The translations under genes and the position numbers were made by a program. From NCBI GenBank assembly GCA_963675755.2, contig CAXXMD010000003.1, positions 1,920,001-1,984,000 of the forward strand: a DNA stretch of 64,000 bases, in the 5' to 3' direction. The notes below the pieces were generated by a model, which was not told where the DNA came from, searched no databases, and worked only from the letters and a program-made list of their open reading frames with translations. The DNA is from a bacterium (GTDB lineage: Bacteria; Zhuqueibacterota; Zhuqueibacteria; Residuimicrobiales; Krinioviventaceae). Shown in pieces: positions 9,005 to 19,028 of the stretch (positions are counted from its first letter, which is position 1; each line of letters starts with the position of its first letter).

Positions 9005-11550
9005 TGACTATCCTTTCCATTGAATTCAGCTTGTATAAAGAATAAAAATACATATGAAAGCATGTCCTTTTTTTCCTGCCATGAATAATATGCCTGATAT
9101 GAATCATATCTCCATAAATTATCATCTTCAAGAAAATTCAGCCAAACAATGCCAGTTGTCCAATCCATATGAAATTTGTTTTTAAATTGACGAGATAGCT
9201 TTACATCGCAACGACTATAATCACCCATTCTAGCCGAATTTATCGTTCCTTGTTGAATTCCAGTAATATCAAAATTGCTTAAATCCTTTATTGAATAATA
9301 TGATATAATGGGAGTAAATGGCTGACCACTAGCTAAAATTCCGGATATGGTCCAGTCCCATCCGCGATGGGTAGTTTGTACCATCATTTTTAATTCATGC
9401 TTTCGATGGAAAAATAGTGGAAAAGAAAGATCTTCATTAAAATTGGGGACTTTGTAATCTGAATCTGACCAGTGATAGCTGCACCAGGTTTTATAGGTTT
9501 TCCAGTTAAAAGACAGTGAAGCTATAATTCCACGACTGCTACCGCTGCCAGTCATAAACATTCCTTCATCTGCAACGGAAATATTTAGATTGTGGAAGGA
9601 TTTGTGGTAACCTTCAAGCTCAATATTAAATAAAGTGCTTGTGTATTTGACTCCACCGGAGCGGTTAACTGAGAATGAGGGTGATTGCGAAAAATTCCAC
9701 CAGGGCGTGTTGTCATTGAAATAAATTTCTCCATATTTTTCAAAAGTATATTGATGATAGTGTCCCCAATGCGCAAACAGGTTTAGATTATTCCATTTGA
9801 AATTTGCTGTAAAACGTGGTTCTGTACTGTATTCCTTGTTCTGTTCCAGCCGGTTGATACGAAAACCCGGCTCAAGATTAAGGCTTTTAAGCTGAAATTC
9901 AGTATGTACATAACCATTGACCATGGTCTGGATTTCTTCCGTGTCATAACTGCCGGTATTTGAATTAATATTGTAATAGGAGGGATCAATTTCATACATA
10001 CGAGTATGACTGAAATCAAGCTCGTGATTTTGTCTTTCCAGGCCTATATGGATAATCGAATTTGGTGTGAGTGCTAAAGAATTGTCCAGTTTTAAATTAT
10101 AGTAAACCCAATGATTTGTGTTTTCAAAAAACAAACCTCCCAGGTCGTAACTAAAGCCAAAGGGGAAAGGATCTATTCTTTTAAAATTTGATTGCAATTC
10201 AGAGTATGATGCCGTGAATCTGCTATTAAATATGGGAAAAAGTTTTTTATCTATTTTAAATCCCAGGGCTTTGTTATACCATTTATTATAATTCGAATTC
10301 GAGTAATACGATCCGTATGTATCGTTCCGATCCACATAGTCTCTGCTGTAATAGCCAGAGAGCTCAAAGTTTGTGAAAGTATCAGGTTTGTATTGCAATT
10401 TTGTATTAATATCATGGTATGTGTATGTAGGTGAAATATAAGATTGCGAATTTTTAGTCATGAAAGCATACAATTTGCCATAACTTTTTGGTTTCGAAAA
10501 ATCAATATACGACCTTCTCGCCGCCAGCGTCACCCCGATTTTGTCAGAAACCGGCACGCGTGCGTGCGCGTACATTTGCATGAAATCCACTCCCGCGCCG
10601 AGTTTGAGGGGCTTGCCAATGGCACTGTCCACATGGTACTGCATTACGCTGGAAAGGTGTCCTCCGTATTGCGCGGGATATCCGCTGAGGTGAAGTTCCA
10701 CAGAATCAATAGCGTCCGGGTGAAACGCACTCACCAGACCAAAAAAGTGGGTGGATTTATAGATGGGCATACCATCTAAAAGGACCAGGTTCTGGTCCGG
10801 AGTGCCGCCCATAACGTACAGTCCTTCGGGTTTTTCCTGAATGCCGCTGACACCCGGCATGAACTGGATGGCACGGTGAAGCTCGTTGGAGCCGGTAGAT
10901 GGAATGGCTTCCATCTGTTCCGGGGCGAATCTGATATAACCGGGAGAACCCTGTAGTTCCAAAAGAGGAGTCTTTTTGCCGGTAACCGTCAGCTCTCGCG
11001 TCATAATGGGATCATTGGCCAGGGGTACGCTGACCGGTGATGTCCCCCCCTGAACATCGGCTATCACCTCGCCTGGCTGATAACCGATGTAACTCACCGA
11101 TAAGGTACAAGGATCGGTAATATAGTTCGCGAGAGCAAAGTAACCCTGATCGTTGGCGGCAGTACCGTGGTCTGTGCCTTTGAGGGTAATGTTGGCAAAA
11201 GGCAGTCCCTGGCCATTTTCAGCGTCGTAAACATAACCTTTGATAATACGTTGATCGGACGGGTGTAACACAATACGTCCGTTTTTGATATGTCGAAAAG
11301 CGATTTGTGTATCTGTCAAGAGATGGTGCAGAGCTGAATCGATAGAGGCCCCCACATAGCAGCCGTTCACGGATTTGCCGTCAATTAAAGCATCGCTGAA
11401 AATAAACTGCACACCGGTTTTGGTGCTGATTTCTTGCAATGCCTGGCGTAGTGTAAGATCGCTGAATTGAAAGGTCAGCGAGTCGGGAGTTTGGGCAAAA
11501 GCTGTTACGCTGATGGTGAAAAATAGCAATATCGTATTCAGGTGTTTCAT
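9001..11550 (-). CDS. TonB-dependent receptor A (STN, carboxypeptidase-regulatory-like domain, plug, barrel)
   Basis: LRQALQEI STN; KGYVYDAENGQGLPFANI; plug MPGV...GGTPDQNLVLLDG...H.FG...YGG.LSSV. Confidence 0.9.
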   Translation of the reverse strand: MKHLNTILLFFTISVTAFAQTPDSLTFQFSDLTLRQALQEISTKTGVQFIFSDALIDGKSVNGCYVGASIDSALHHLLTDTQIAFRHIKNGRIVLHPSDQRIIKGYVYDAENGQGLPFANITLKGTDHGTAANDQGYFALANYITDPCTLSVSYIGYQPGEVIADVQGGTSPVSVPLANDPIMTRELTVTGKKTPLLELQGSPGYIRFAPEQMEAIPSTGSNELHRAIQFMPGVSGIQEKPEGLYVMGGTPDQNLVLLDGMPIYKSTHFFGLVSAFHPDAIDSVELHLSGYPAQYGGHLSSVMQYHVDSAIGKPLKLGAGVDFMQMYAHARVPVSDKIGVTLAARRSYIDFSKPKSYGKLYAFMTKNSQSYISPTYTYHDINTKLQYKPDTFTNFELSGYYSRDYVDRNDTYGSYYSNSNYNKWYNKALGFKIDKKLFPIFNSRFTASYSELQSNFKRIDPFPFGFSYDLGGLFFENTNHWVYYNLKLDNSLALTPNSIIHIGLERQNHELDFSHTRMYEIDPSYYNINSNTGSYDTEEIQTMVNGYVHTEFQLKSLNLEPGFRINRLEQNKEYSTEPRFTANFKWNNLNLFAHWGHYHQYTFEKYGEIYFNDNTPWWNFSQSPSFSVNRSGGVKYTSTLFNIELEGYHKSFHNLNISVADEGMFMTGSGSSRGIIASLSFNWKTYKTWCSYHWSDSDYKVPNFNEDLSFPLFFHRKHELKMMVQTTHRGWDWTISGILASGQPFTPIISYYSIKDLSNFDITGIQQGTINSARMGDYSRCDVKLSRQFKNKFHMDWTTGIVWLNFLEDDNLWRYDSYQAYYSWQEKKDMLSYVFLFFIQAEFNGKDSQ

Positions 11551-11573
11551 TTATTTTCCCCTAATTGCTGATG
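10514..11573. repeat. ~1.06 kb direct repeat, copy 1 (receptor 5' end and upstream 23 bp)
   Basis: Colinear with 14030-15089 at a constant offset of 3516 bp; mismatches are mostly synonymous. Confidence 0.97.
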
Positions 11574-11630
11574 AACTCGATAATAGCAGATAAAAGAATT
11601 TTCGGTTAAGTGTTGAGTAGATGGCCATAT
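11561..11630 (-). pseudogene. Probable decayed 3' remnant of a fecR copy
   Basis: CTAATTGCTGATG matches the fecR end (ISN*); GGTTAAGTGTTGAGTAGATGG resembles fecR GGTCAAGGGTTAGGCAGATTG at nearly the same distance from the stop (43 vs 44 nt). Confidence 0.5.
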
Positions 11631-11720
11631 CTTGTAACCTGAAGTAATAATATATAAATTGTTATTAATCTTGTATATTAGAAATATAAATCCCAGATAA
11701 GTTAGCATTTTGTTGACTCC

Positions 11721-12536
11721 TTATTCATTTGCTTTTTTAAGATATATTGTATAACTGTCTGAATTTAGAGCGGTAAATATGCCATACCCATTATGAACGT
11801 TTGATTTAATCTCTTGTAACTTGTTGTCGATAATTTGTGTGCTGGTTATAAATGACAGATATTCCTCATTGACATTATAGACACTAAAATCAAGAGGTCC
11901 TTCCTTAGAGTTAAAAAACAAGAGATTATTGTATGTTTTAGATTGCATAGTCCAGAAATCGTCAAAAGAAGAATTTTCTAGCTCCCATGTGTTAGAGAAT
12001 GAGTAATGAGAACTATAGGTATTATCAAGAAATGTTATATAATGTGCTTTACTGTAACCAGGGGTTTCCCACTTGAATGTTACCTGGCAAGAATCCGAAT
12101 GATTGTCATAATAAGAACTATATAACCAAAGCGTATCTCTTGAAGCAAAAGTTATTTTTGGTTTACCTGGAACAATAGTTTCAGCTGTTGAAATTGTGTT
12201 GTTATATGAAACATGTAATTTAAATGTATCACCTGCTGTAACCATGAGGTCGTCATTTGGATAGTAATAATATCCTTTTTTCTCTGAATTGGCGATTAAT
12301 TTATACTGTTCCCTGTTTCTGGAGATGATAACATCTGCATCAGATATGGGTGTTTGTGCATCCTGATCAGTGTATGGGGCAGGTTTAGTAATTTTTATAT
12401 CATTAACAGGTTTATCTGCAACCAAGTATCCTTGGATTACGATTCCATCATTAGACGAAATGAGAGGGTTGTTTTTGTCTGTACATGAAAAGGATATAGC
12501 AAATATTATAATGAATAAAAGTTTAATTGCTTTCAT
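11721..12536 (-). CDS. DUF4249-like lipoprotein, partner of TonB-dependent receptor B
   Basis: Lipobox SFSC, IVIQGYL, SNVHNGYGIF; paralog of 8189-9004; start moved to MKAIK. Confidence 0.8.
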   Translation of the reverse strand: MKAIKLLFIIIFAISFSCTDKNNPLISSNDGIVIQGYLVADKPVNDIKITKPAPYTDQDAQTPISDADVIISRNREQYKLIANSEKKGYYYYPNDDLMVTAGDTFKLHVSYNNTISTAETIVPGKPKITFASRDTLWLYSSYYDNHSDSCQVTFKWETPGYSKAHYITFLDNTYSSHYSFSNTWELENSSFDDFWTMQSKTYNNLLFFNSKEGPLDFSVYNVNEEYLSFITSTQIIDNKLQEIKSNVHNGYGIFTALNSDSYTIYLKKANE

Positions 12537-15066
12537 ACTTGTCACTTTCATTAAATTCTGTTTGAATAAAAAACATAAATACAAAGGGCATCATATTTTT
12601 GGTTTCCCACCATGAATAATAGCTGTCCAGATTGTTTTCTTCCCATGTATTGTTTTGCTCAAAAAAGTTTAACCAGTTAATGCCTACATTCCAGTCCATT
12701 TTTAATTTATTTGGGATATGTCGATAAAGTTTCAAATCAGCTCTAAAGTAATCATTAGACCAAAAGGATAAATAATCTCCATTTATATAGAATTTTGTAT
12801 TGGTTCCGTCATAGGTATCTATACGGAAAGTTGACGAAAAGGGCGTATATGGTTTTCCTGAGGCATAAATCCCGGATATAGCCAATTTCCAATTGTTATG
12901 TTTACCTTCAAGAACCATTTTCATTTCATGTTTTCTGAGATAATGGGCAGGTAAAGGATTCTCGTTATTAATTCCTGGAATTCTATGTTCTATATCTCTC
13001 CAATGATAAATAAACCATGTTTTGTATTGTTTGATACTATTGCAAATAGTTAAATTTAATCCTTTACTGGCTCCGCTCCCCGTCATAAACTCACCATTAA
13101 TCGAAACTGGAATATTTATATTGTGAAAAGTTTTGTAATAACCTTCAATTTGAAAACCAAAGTTATTTTTATTATATGAAACTCCTACATTCCTATGTAC
13201 CAAGAAACCAGGTGAATTAGAAAATAGCCAAAAAGGTGTATAACCACTGTAATAGTAATTCCCATATTTTTGATAAATGTTTTGGTGATAATGACCAAAG
13301 TGTGAATGGATTTTAAAATTATCTAGCTGATATTGTATTGTTATCCGGGGATTTTTTGATCGTCCTAAATTGGTTCTTGTTGTGTTGTAACGAAATCCTG
13401 GTTGAATTAAAAGATTGGTCAATGGACGATAGTTGAATTCTAAATAACTATTGTATATGTTGGGTCTGGTTGATATGCTATAACTTCCATTGTTTTCAAG
13501 ATTGAAATAATTTTCTGGATCAATTTCATATAATTTATTGTGTTCGAATAAAGTATAAAGTGATTGATATTGTGCACCGATGTAGAATTCAAATTTGGGT
13601 GAAATTATGAATTTGTTATTTATCTGTAGTTGTTTGGATTGTAATGTATTTAAATTTGTAAAATTTACAAATCCAAATATAGAAAGATCATTTTTTTTGT
13701 ATTCGGAATACGTACGGGTAAATGTTGATTTGATTTGTGTTTCAATTTTATCAGACCACTTATGATCCCATGTTAATCCTACTACTTTATTTCTCCATAT
13801 ATTGTTATCAGCATTGTTGTTATATGGCCCATAATCTGCAATCCTGTTTATATAATCACGGTTATCATAATAGGTGATTGAGATATTGTCGTTAGTAGTT
13901 GCATCAAGGTCTAATCTGGTTGTAATATCGTAAAAAATATAAAGAGGCCCGTTATTACTATTTACAGTTTTTGATATAAATCTGTAAACTTTGTCAAAAC
14001 CACGAGATTTTGTTACATCGCTAAACGTTCTTCTCGCCGCCAGCGTCACCCCGATTTTGTCAGACACCGGCACACGCGCATGTGCGTACATTTGCATGAA
14101 ATCCACTCCCGCGCCGAGTTTGAGGGGCTTGCCAATGGCACTGTCCACATGGTACTGCATGACGCTGGAAAGGTGTCCTCCGTATTGTGCGGGATATCCG
14201 CTGAGGTGCAGTTCCACAGAATCAATAGCGTCCGGGTGGAACGCACTCACCAGACCAAAAAAGTGGGTGGATTTGTAAATGGGCATACCATCTAAAAGGA
14301 CCAGGTTCTGGTCCGGGGTGCCGCCCATTACATACAGTCCTTCGGGTTTTTCCTGTATACCGCTGACACCCGGCATAAACTGAATAGCGCGATGCAGCTC
14401 GTTGGAGCCGGTAGAGGGAATGGCTTCCATCTGTTTCGGGGCGAATTTGATATAACCGGGAGAACCCTGGAGTTCCAAAAGGGGAGTCTTTTTGCCGGTA
14501 ACCGTCAGCTCTCGCGTCATAATGGGATCATTGGCCAGGGGTACGCTGACCGGTGATGTCCCCCCCTGAACATCGGCTATCACCTCGCCTGGCTGATAAC
14601 CGATGTAACTCACCGATAAGGTACAAGGATCGGTAATATAGTTCGCGAGAGCAAAGTAACCCTGATCGTTGGCGGCAGTACCGTGGTCTGTGCCTTTGAG
14701 GGTAATGTTGGCAAAAGGCAGTCCCTGGCCATTTTCGGCGTCGTAAACATAACCTTTGATAATACGTTGGTCGGACGGGTGCAGCACAATCCGTCCGTTC
14801 TTGATATGTCGAAAAGCGATTTGTGTATCTGTCAAGAGATGGTGCAGAGTTGAATCGATAGAGGCCCCCACAAAGCAGCCGTTCACAGATTTACCGTCAA
14901 TTAAAGCATCGCTGAAAATAAACTGCACACCGGTTTTGGTGCTGATTTCTTGCAATGCCTGGCGCAGTGTAAGATCGCTGAATTGAAAGGTCAGCGAGTC
15001 AGGAGTTTGGGCAAAAGCTGTTACGCTGATAGTTAAAAATAGCAATATCGTATTCAGGTGTTTCAT
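12523..15066 (-). CDS. TonB-dependent receptor B (transducer type)
   Basis: Same architecture as receptor A; first ~346 aa nearly identical, barrel divergent. Confidence 0.9.
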   Translation of the reverse strand: MKHLNTILLFLTISVTAFAQTPDSLTFQFSDLTLRQALQEISTKTGVQFIFSDALIDGKSVNGCFVGASIDSTLHHLLTDTQIAFRHIKNGRIVLHPSDQRIIKGYVYDAENGQGLPFANITLKGTDHGTAANDQGYFALANYITDPCTLSVSYIGYQPGEVIADVQGGTSPVSVPLANDPIMTRELTVTGKKTPLLELQGSPGYIKFAPKQMEAIPSTGSNELHRAIQFMPGVSGIQEKPEGLYVMGGTPDQNLVLLDGMPIYKSTHFFGLVSAFHPDAIDSVELHLSGYPAQYGGHLSSVMQYHVDSAIGKPLKLGAGVDFMQMYAHARVPVSDKIGVTLAARRTFSDVTKSRGFDKVYRFISKTVNSNNGPLYIFYDITTRLDLDATTNDNISITYYDNRDYINRIADYGPYNNNADNNIWRNKVVGLTWDHKWSDKIETQIKSTFTRTYSEYKKNDLSIFGFVNFTNLNTLQSKQLQINNKFIISPKFEFYIGAQYQSLYTLFEHNKLYEIDPENYFNLENNGSYSISTRPNIYNSYLEFNYRPLTNLLIQPGFRYNTTRTNLGRSKNPRITIQYQLDNFKIHSHFGHYHQNIYQKYGNYYYSGYTPFWLFSNSPGFLVHRNVGVSYNKNNFGFQIEGYYKTFHNINIPVSINGEFMTGSGASKGLNLTICNSIKQYKTWFIYHWRDIEHRIPGINNENPLPAHYLRKHEMKMVLEGKHNNWKLAISGIYASGKPYTPFSSTFRIDTYDGTNTKFYINGDYLSFWSNDYFRADLKLYRHIPNKLKMDWNVGINWLNFFEQNNTWEENNLDSYYSWWETKNMMPFVFMFFIQTEFNESDKYESN

Positions 15067-15089
15067 TTATTTTCCCCTAGTTGCTGATG
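14030..15089. repeat. ~1.06 kb direct repeat, copy 2
   Basis: Colinear with 10514-11573. Confidence 0.97.
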
Positions 15090-16051
15090 GTATACATTCC
15101 GGCTGCCTGATAGCAGCGAAGGTCAAGGGTTAGGCAGATTGTATCCAACACTTCGTCTATGGGCATATCCGTAAATGAGCCAGTGACCGTGAATGTATCT
15201 GCATTGATGTTTTCGGTTGTGATATACACATTGTATTGCCTTTCCAGCTCATCAATGATCTCGGAAAGGGCTGTTTGATTGAATACCAGTGATCCGCTGA
15301 GCCAATCCAGATAATCATCCATGTTGGCGTTGGGCTTGTATTGCGGTAGATTGCCGTTTTCCACAATGGCTGCTTGTCCTGCTTGCAGAACGAGTGTGGA
15401 ATCGGTTTCCATCCCGCTCAGGCTGACAGTACCCGATTCTACAGCAACACGGGTTTCGTTGTTACGGCTCCACACATTAAAGCGGGTGCCCAGCACCTGT
15501 ACCTCTGCGTTACCGGTTTGGATGATAAACGGTTTGGATGATTTTGTAACATTGAAAAACGCTTCGCCATCCAGTTCTACGCGGCGCTCGGTTTTGAATC
15601 GTTTGGGAAACGATAAGCTGCTGCCGGCATTGAGGGTGGCGGTAGAGCCGTCTGGCAATTGGACAGAGATTTGTTCTCCTTTGGCGGTTACAAGTGTACT
15701 GGTTTGGTATTGGGGTACAACTTGAAACAGAACCAGTAGCACGATAACAGCCAGGGCGCCGGCCCAGGCAAATCCACTGCGAAACCGGAACCAGGGAGCC
15801 GAACGTTCCGGGATGAATGTTGATGAGGACTCGGTGGATTTGATCTTTTGGGCAATGGATTGCCAACCCTGTTCCTTGGGGAATTCGAAAGTAGGTGTTT
15901 CAATATGCTGCCAGGTTTGCAAAAGAGAATCATAATCGGTTTTATTCTCTTTGGATTGCGCGCACCATCTTTCCACCTGTGTCGTTTCCCGTGTTGTGGT
16001 TTGGTTGGCGATATGTTTGACCAAAAGATCTGTTTTCATAATGTTTTCCAA
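15077..16051 (-). CDS. FecR family anti-sigma factor
   Basis: LPDGSTATLNAGS, LDGEAFFNV, VLGTRFNV, W.SG.L.F motifs; central TM helix. Confidence 0.92.
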   Translation of the reverse strand: MENIMKTDLLVKHIANQTTTRETTQVERWCAQSKENKTDYDSLLQTWQHIETPTFEFPKEQGWQSIAQKIKSTESSSTFIPERSAPWFRFRSGFAWAGALAVIVLLVLFQVVPQYQTSTLVTAKGEQISVQLPDGSTATLNAGSSLSFPKRFKTERRVELDGEAFFNVTKSSKPFIIQTGNAEVQVLGTRFNVWSRNNETRVAVESGTVSLSGMETDSTLVLQAGQAAIVENGNLPQYKPNANMDDYLDWLSGSLVFNQTALSEIIDELERQYNVYITTENINADTFTVTGSFTDMPIDEVLDTICLTLDLRCYQAAGMYTISN

Positions 16052-16067
16052 ACTTTTTTCATAACAG

Positions 16068-16093
16068 AATACGTATGATTTGTTAATTACCCT
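16068..16093 (-). promoter_or_regulatory. Candidate ECF-sigma promoter for the fecR-receptor operon
   Basis: Minus strand AGGGTA-N14-CGTATT in the short sigma-fecR gap; the CGT -10 is ECF-like (inference). Confidence 0.35.
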
Positions 16094-16098
16094 ACCGT

Positions 16099-16626
16099 CT
16101 ATTCCAGAATATGTTTTCTCAGGTGTTTCAACGCATTGCTCATGCGTTTTTCAACTGTTTTTACCGAGACCTGACAGATTTGTGCAATCTCTTTATAGCT
16201 GAATCCATCAAACCGGGAGAGGTGAAAAACGAGAGCTTCTTTTTCAGGCAGTTGATGGATAGCGATTTTAACACGGGTTTGCAATTCGGGATTGTCCGCA
16301 TGCTCGGGCGAGTCCGGCAATATATCGCTGGTATGTGTTTTGCGCGTACTGCTTTTTCGGAAATGATCAATCAACCGATTATGTGCGGTTTTAAACATGT
16401 AGGCTTTGACCGACGCATCGGGATTAAGAGCTGCGCGTTTCTCCCAGATTTGCAGGAAAATATCCTGTACATAGTCGATGGCGGTTTCTCTATCTCCCAG
16501 GCGTGAAAAGATAAAGCGAAAGAGATCGTCCGTGTAGCGGTAATACAGGACTTGAAAGGCATCCATATCTCCATTACGGATCAGGCATACCAGCTGACGA
16601 TCGGTGCGTGTGTCCGGGGCTTTCAT
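16099..16626 (-). CDS. ECF RNA polymerase sigma-70 factor
   Basis: GDMDAF..LY, VQDIFLQIW, SYKEIAQ...SVKTVEKRMS; start moved to MKAPD (16626). Confidence 0.92.
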   Translation of the reverse strand: MKAPDTRTDRQLVCLIRNGDMDAFQVLYYRYTDDLFRFIFSRLGDRETAIDYVQDIFLQIWEKRAALNPDASVKAYMFKTAHNRLIDHFRKSSTRKTHTSDILPDSPEHADNPELQTRVKIAIHQLPEKEALVFHLSRFDGFSYKEIAQICQVSVKTVEKRMSNALKHLRKHILE

Positions 16627-16787
16627 ATAAATAGATTCCGGGATTTGTTGTTGTATGGGATTGATATTCTTATAATACGTATTAATAGAGAAATCCCCTA
16701 ATGCTTTTCGAAAAATTCTTTTGCTATTATCCAAATTTTTCTTATTGTATAATTATAACCGTCCGTCATCTTTGTAAGGAGATAATC

Positions 16788-17723
16788 GTGGAAAAAATGG
16801 ATCGTCGTGATTTTATGATAAAATCTGCAATAGCAGGTGCGGCCATCAGTTTGGGATCAGTACAAACTGCAAGCGCTGCGCAATCCGGGGTGAAAATTGG
16901 TGTATTTTCCAAACATTTGCAATGGTTGAATTACAAGGATACCGCAGACGCAGTGGCCGAGATCGGCTGGGATGGCATCGAGTGCCCGGTCCGTCCAAAA
17001 GGCCATGTTCTGCCGGAGCGTGTAGCGGAAGACCTGCCGAAAATGGTAGAGGCTTTAAAGAACAATAACCTTGAAATGTTTATGGCTACGGTCAGCTTTC
17101 ATGACCTGGCGGAACCACATGCCAAATCCATTTTAACGACTTTGAAAAAAACAGGTGTCAAGCTGTATCGCATTGGCGGTTGGAAGTATGATCTGGACAA
17201 ACCCATACCGGATCAATTGACAAAAATTAGGGAACAATTGCAGGCTATTGCGGATATAAATAAAGAGCTTGGGCTTTGCGCGGCGTTCCAGAACCATTCA
17301 GGGACCCAATATGTAGGCGCCCCTTTGTGGGATTTGTATGACATGATCAAGGATATGGATACCAACGCAATTGGTTCTGCTTTTGATATTGGTCATTCAA
17401 CAGTAGAAGGTGGATATGTGTGGCCGGTGAATGCCCGATTGATGCGACCGTTAATGAAAATTGTGATTGTCAAAGATTTTACATGGGGTAAAGATGAAAA
17501 AGGTCGCTGGCGGGCTAACTGGGGTCCGCTTGGAGACGGCATGGTCAATAAAGACTTTTTTGCCATGTTGAAAGAAACCGGCTATAACGGATCTATCATT
17601 CAGCATTTTGAATGGAAAGTAGAAGGACGCACGGAAAAAGAAGTACAAAAGAACTCGCTCAAAGCCATGAAAAAAGACTGCGAGACGTTGAAATCCTGGT
17701 TGAGTGATGTAGGATTGAGATAA
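16788..17723 (+). CDS. Tat-exported sugar phosphate isomerase/epimerase (xylose-isomerase-like TIM barrel)
   Basis: DRRDFMIK Tat motif; FQNH, FDIGH, VKDF; GTG start 16788 with AAGGAG SD. Confidence 0.85.
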   Translation: MEKMDRRDFMIKSAIAGAAISLGSVQTASAAQSGVKIGVFSKHLQWLNYKDTADAVAEIGWDGIECPVRPKGHVLPERVAEDLPKMVEALKNNNLEMFMATVSFHDLAEPHAKSILTTLKKTGVKLYRIGGWKYDLDKPIPDQLTKIREQLQAIADINKELGLCAAFQNHSGTQYVGAPLWDLYDMIKDMDTNAIGSAFDIGHSTVEGGYVWPVNARLMRPLMKIVIVKDFTWGKDEKGRWRANWGPLGDGMVNKDFFAMLKETGYNGSIIQHFEWKVEGRTEKEVQKNSLKAMKKDCETLKSWLSDVGLR

Positions 17724-17795
17724 ATTTTATACATTGTCTTGCTTATTGAAGTATAAATGCATAATTTAGATTTTATTATGTATGTTTGATTACAG

Positions 17796-19019
17796 GTGGA
17801 AAAAATAGAAAATCCCGAATTTAAACCCAAATCTCCGGTTGTAGCCGTTGTTGATGATGAAGAACTGGTAACCCGCTCCATTAAATCATTTTTGGAAATG
17901 GAGACAGATTACCAGGTATTGACCTACCTTTCTCCACGTGAGGCTATAGAAGATCTTTCCCTGAATCAGCCTGACCTGGTGATCGCCGATTTTTTAATGC
18001 CGGATATGAACGGACTCGAGTTTTTGGCCGAGATCCGTAACCGGTATCCCGATGTGCCGCGTGTGCTGCTAACCGGTTACGCGGATAAGGAAAATGCTAT
18101 CAAAGGTATTAATGATGTGGGTTTGTTCCAGTATATTCAAAAACCCTGGGACAATGACAATCTGAAACTGGTCATCAAGAACGGTCTGGATAACAAGAAT
18201 CTGGAACAAACGCTGAAAGCCAAGATCCGCGAGATTGATACCATTCTGCGTCAACGTGACGAGTTGTTTCAGGTAAATAATCTCTTGCAGGAAGAAATGA
18301 CCTTTGCCAAGCGCATCCATTCCAATCTGATTGGTCCCGAAAGTGTTGAACATAACGGTATAGCCGTTCATAATTTGTATCAACCGGCTTTTGATATTGG
18401 CGGTGATTTTTACGATGTGATTCCGCTTTCTGATAATCGCCTGGCAGTGATTCTGGTGGATCTGACCGGTCATGGTATTCAGGCTGCACTATGTACCGCC
18501 TTGGTAAAATTTGCCGTCAGCGGATTGCAAAATTCTACTGCCAGTGCTGTTGAGATTATGCGGGGGATCAATAAAGTGATGTACCGCGGACTGCCCAGAG
18601 AGATCTTTGCCGCAAGTCTTTTAGCTGTGATCCATACAGAAACCGGAAATTGTGAATTGTTAAACGGCGGCATTCCTTATCCTTTGTTGCTAAAACGCAG
18701 TGAAAAAGAGATTGAAAAGCTCAATATTAACGGTATGCTGTTGGGCATGCTGGAAGATGCGCTGTACAAACCGGGCGAGATTACCGAGATCAATCTTGCT
18801 AAAGGGGATTGTTTGTTCATGTTTACGGATGGTTTGAGTGAGGCCCAGAACAGCAAGGGTGAGTTTTTAGAAGTACATCATTTGTGTGACACCATAACCG
18901 AGAATCTTGATGCAGACCCGGTTACCCTTTCTAACAATCTGGCGGATATGGCCAGACAATTTAACGAAAACGGACAAATGGTGGATGACATGACCATTGT
19001 CTCCATCGAACGTAAATAA
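17796..19019 (+). CDS. Response regulator with PP2C/SpoIIE phosphatase domain
   Basis: Receiver VVDDE, DFLMP, KPW; PP2C motifs GGDFYD, DLTGHG, FTDGLSEA, DDMT. Confidence 0.92.
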   Translation: MEKIENPEFKPKSPVVAVVDDEELVTRSIKSFLEMETDYQVLTYLSPREAIEDLSLNQPDLVIADFLMPDMNGLEFLAEIRNRYPDVPRVLLTGYADKENAIKGINDVGLFQYIQKPWDNDNLKLVIKNGLDNKNLEQTLKAKIREIDTILRQRDELFQVNNLLQEEMTFAKRIHSNLIGPESVEHNGIAVHNLYQPAFDIGGDFYDVIPLSDNRLAVILVDLTGHGIQAALCTALVKFAVSGLQNSTASAVEIMRGINKVMYRGLPREIFAASLLAVIHTETGNCELLNGGIPYPLLLKRSEKEIEKLNINGMLLGMLEDALYKPGEITEINLAKGDCLFMFTDGLSEAQNSKGEFLEVHHLCDTITENLDADPVTLSNNLADMARQFNENGQMVDDMTIVSIERK

Positions 19020-19028
19020 TACAAGGAA

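Noticed and set aside
10514-15089. Diversity-generating retroelement or invertible shufflon
   Set aside because: Mismatches are synonymous rather than adenine-specific, the repeats are direct rather than inverted, and no RT or site-specific recombinase is present
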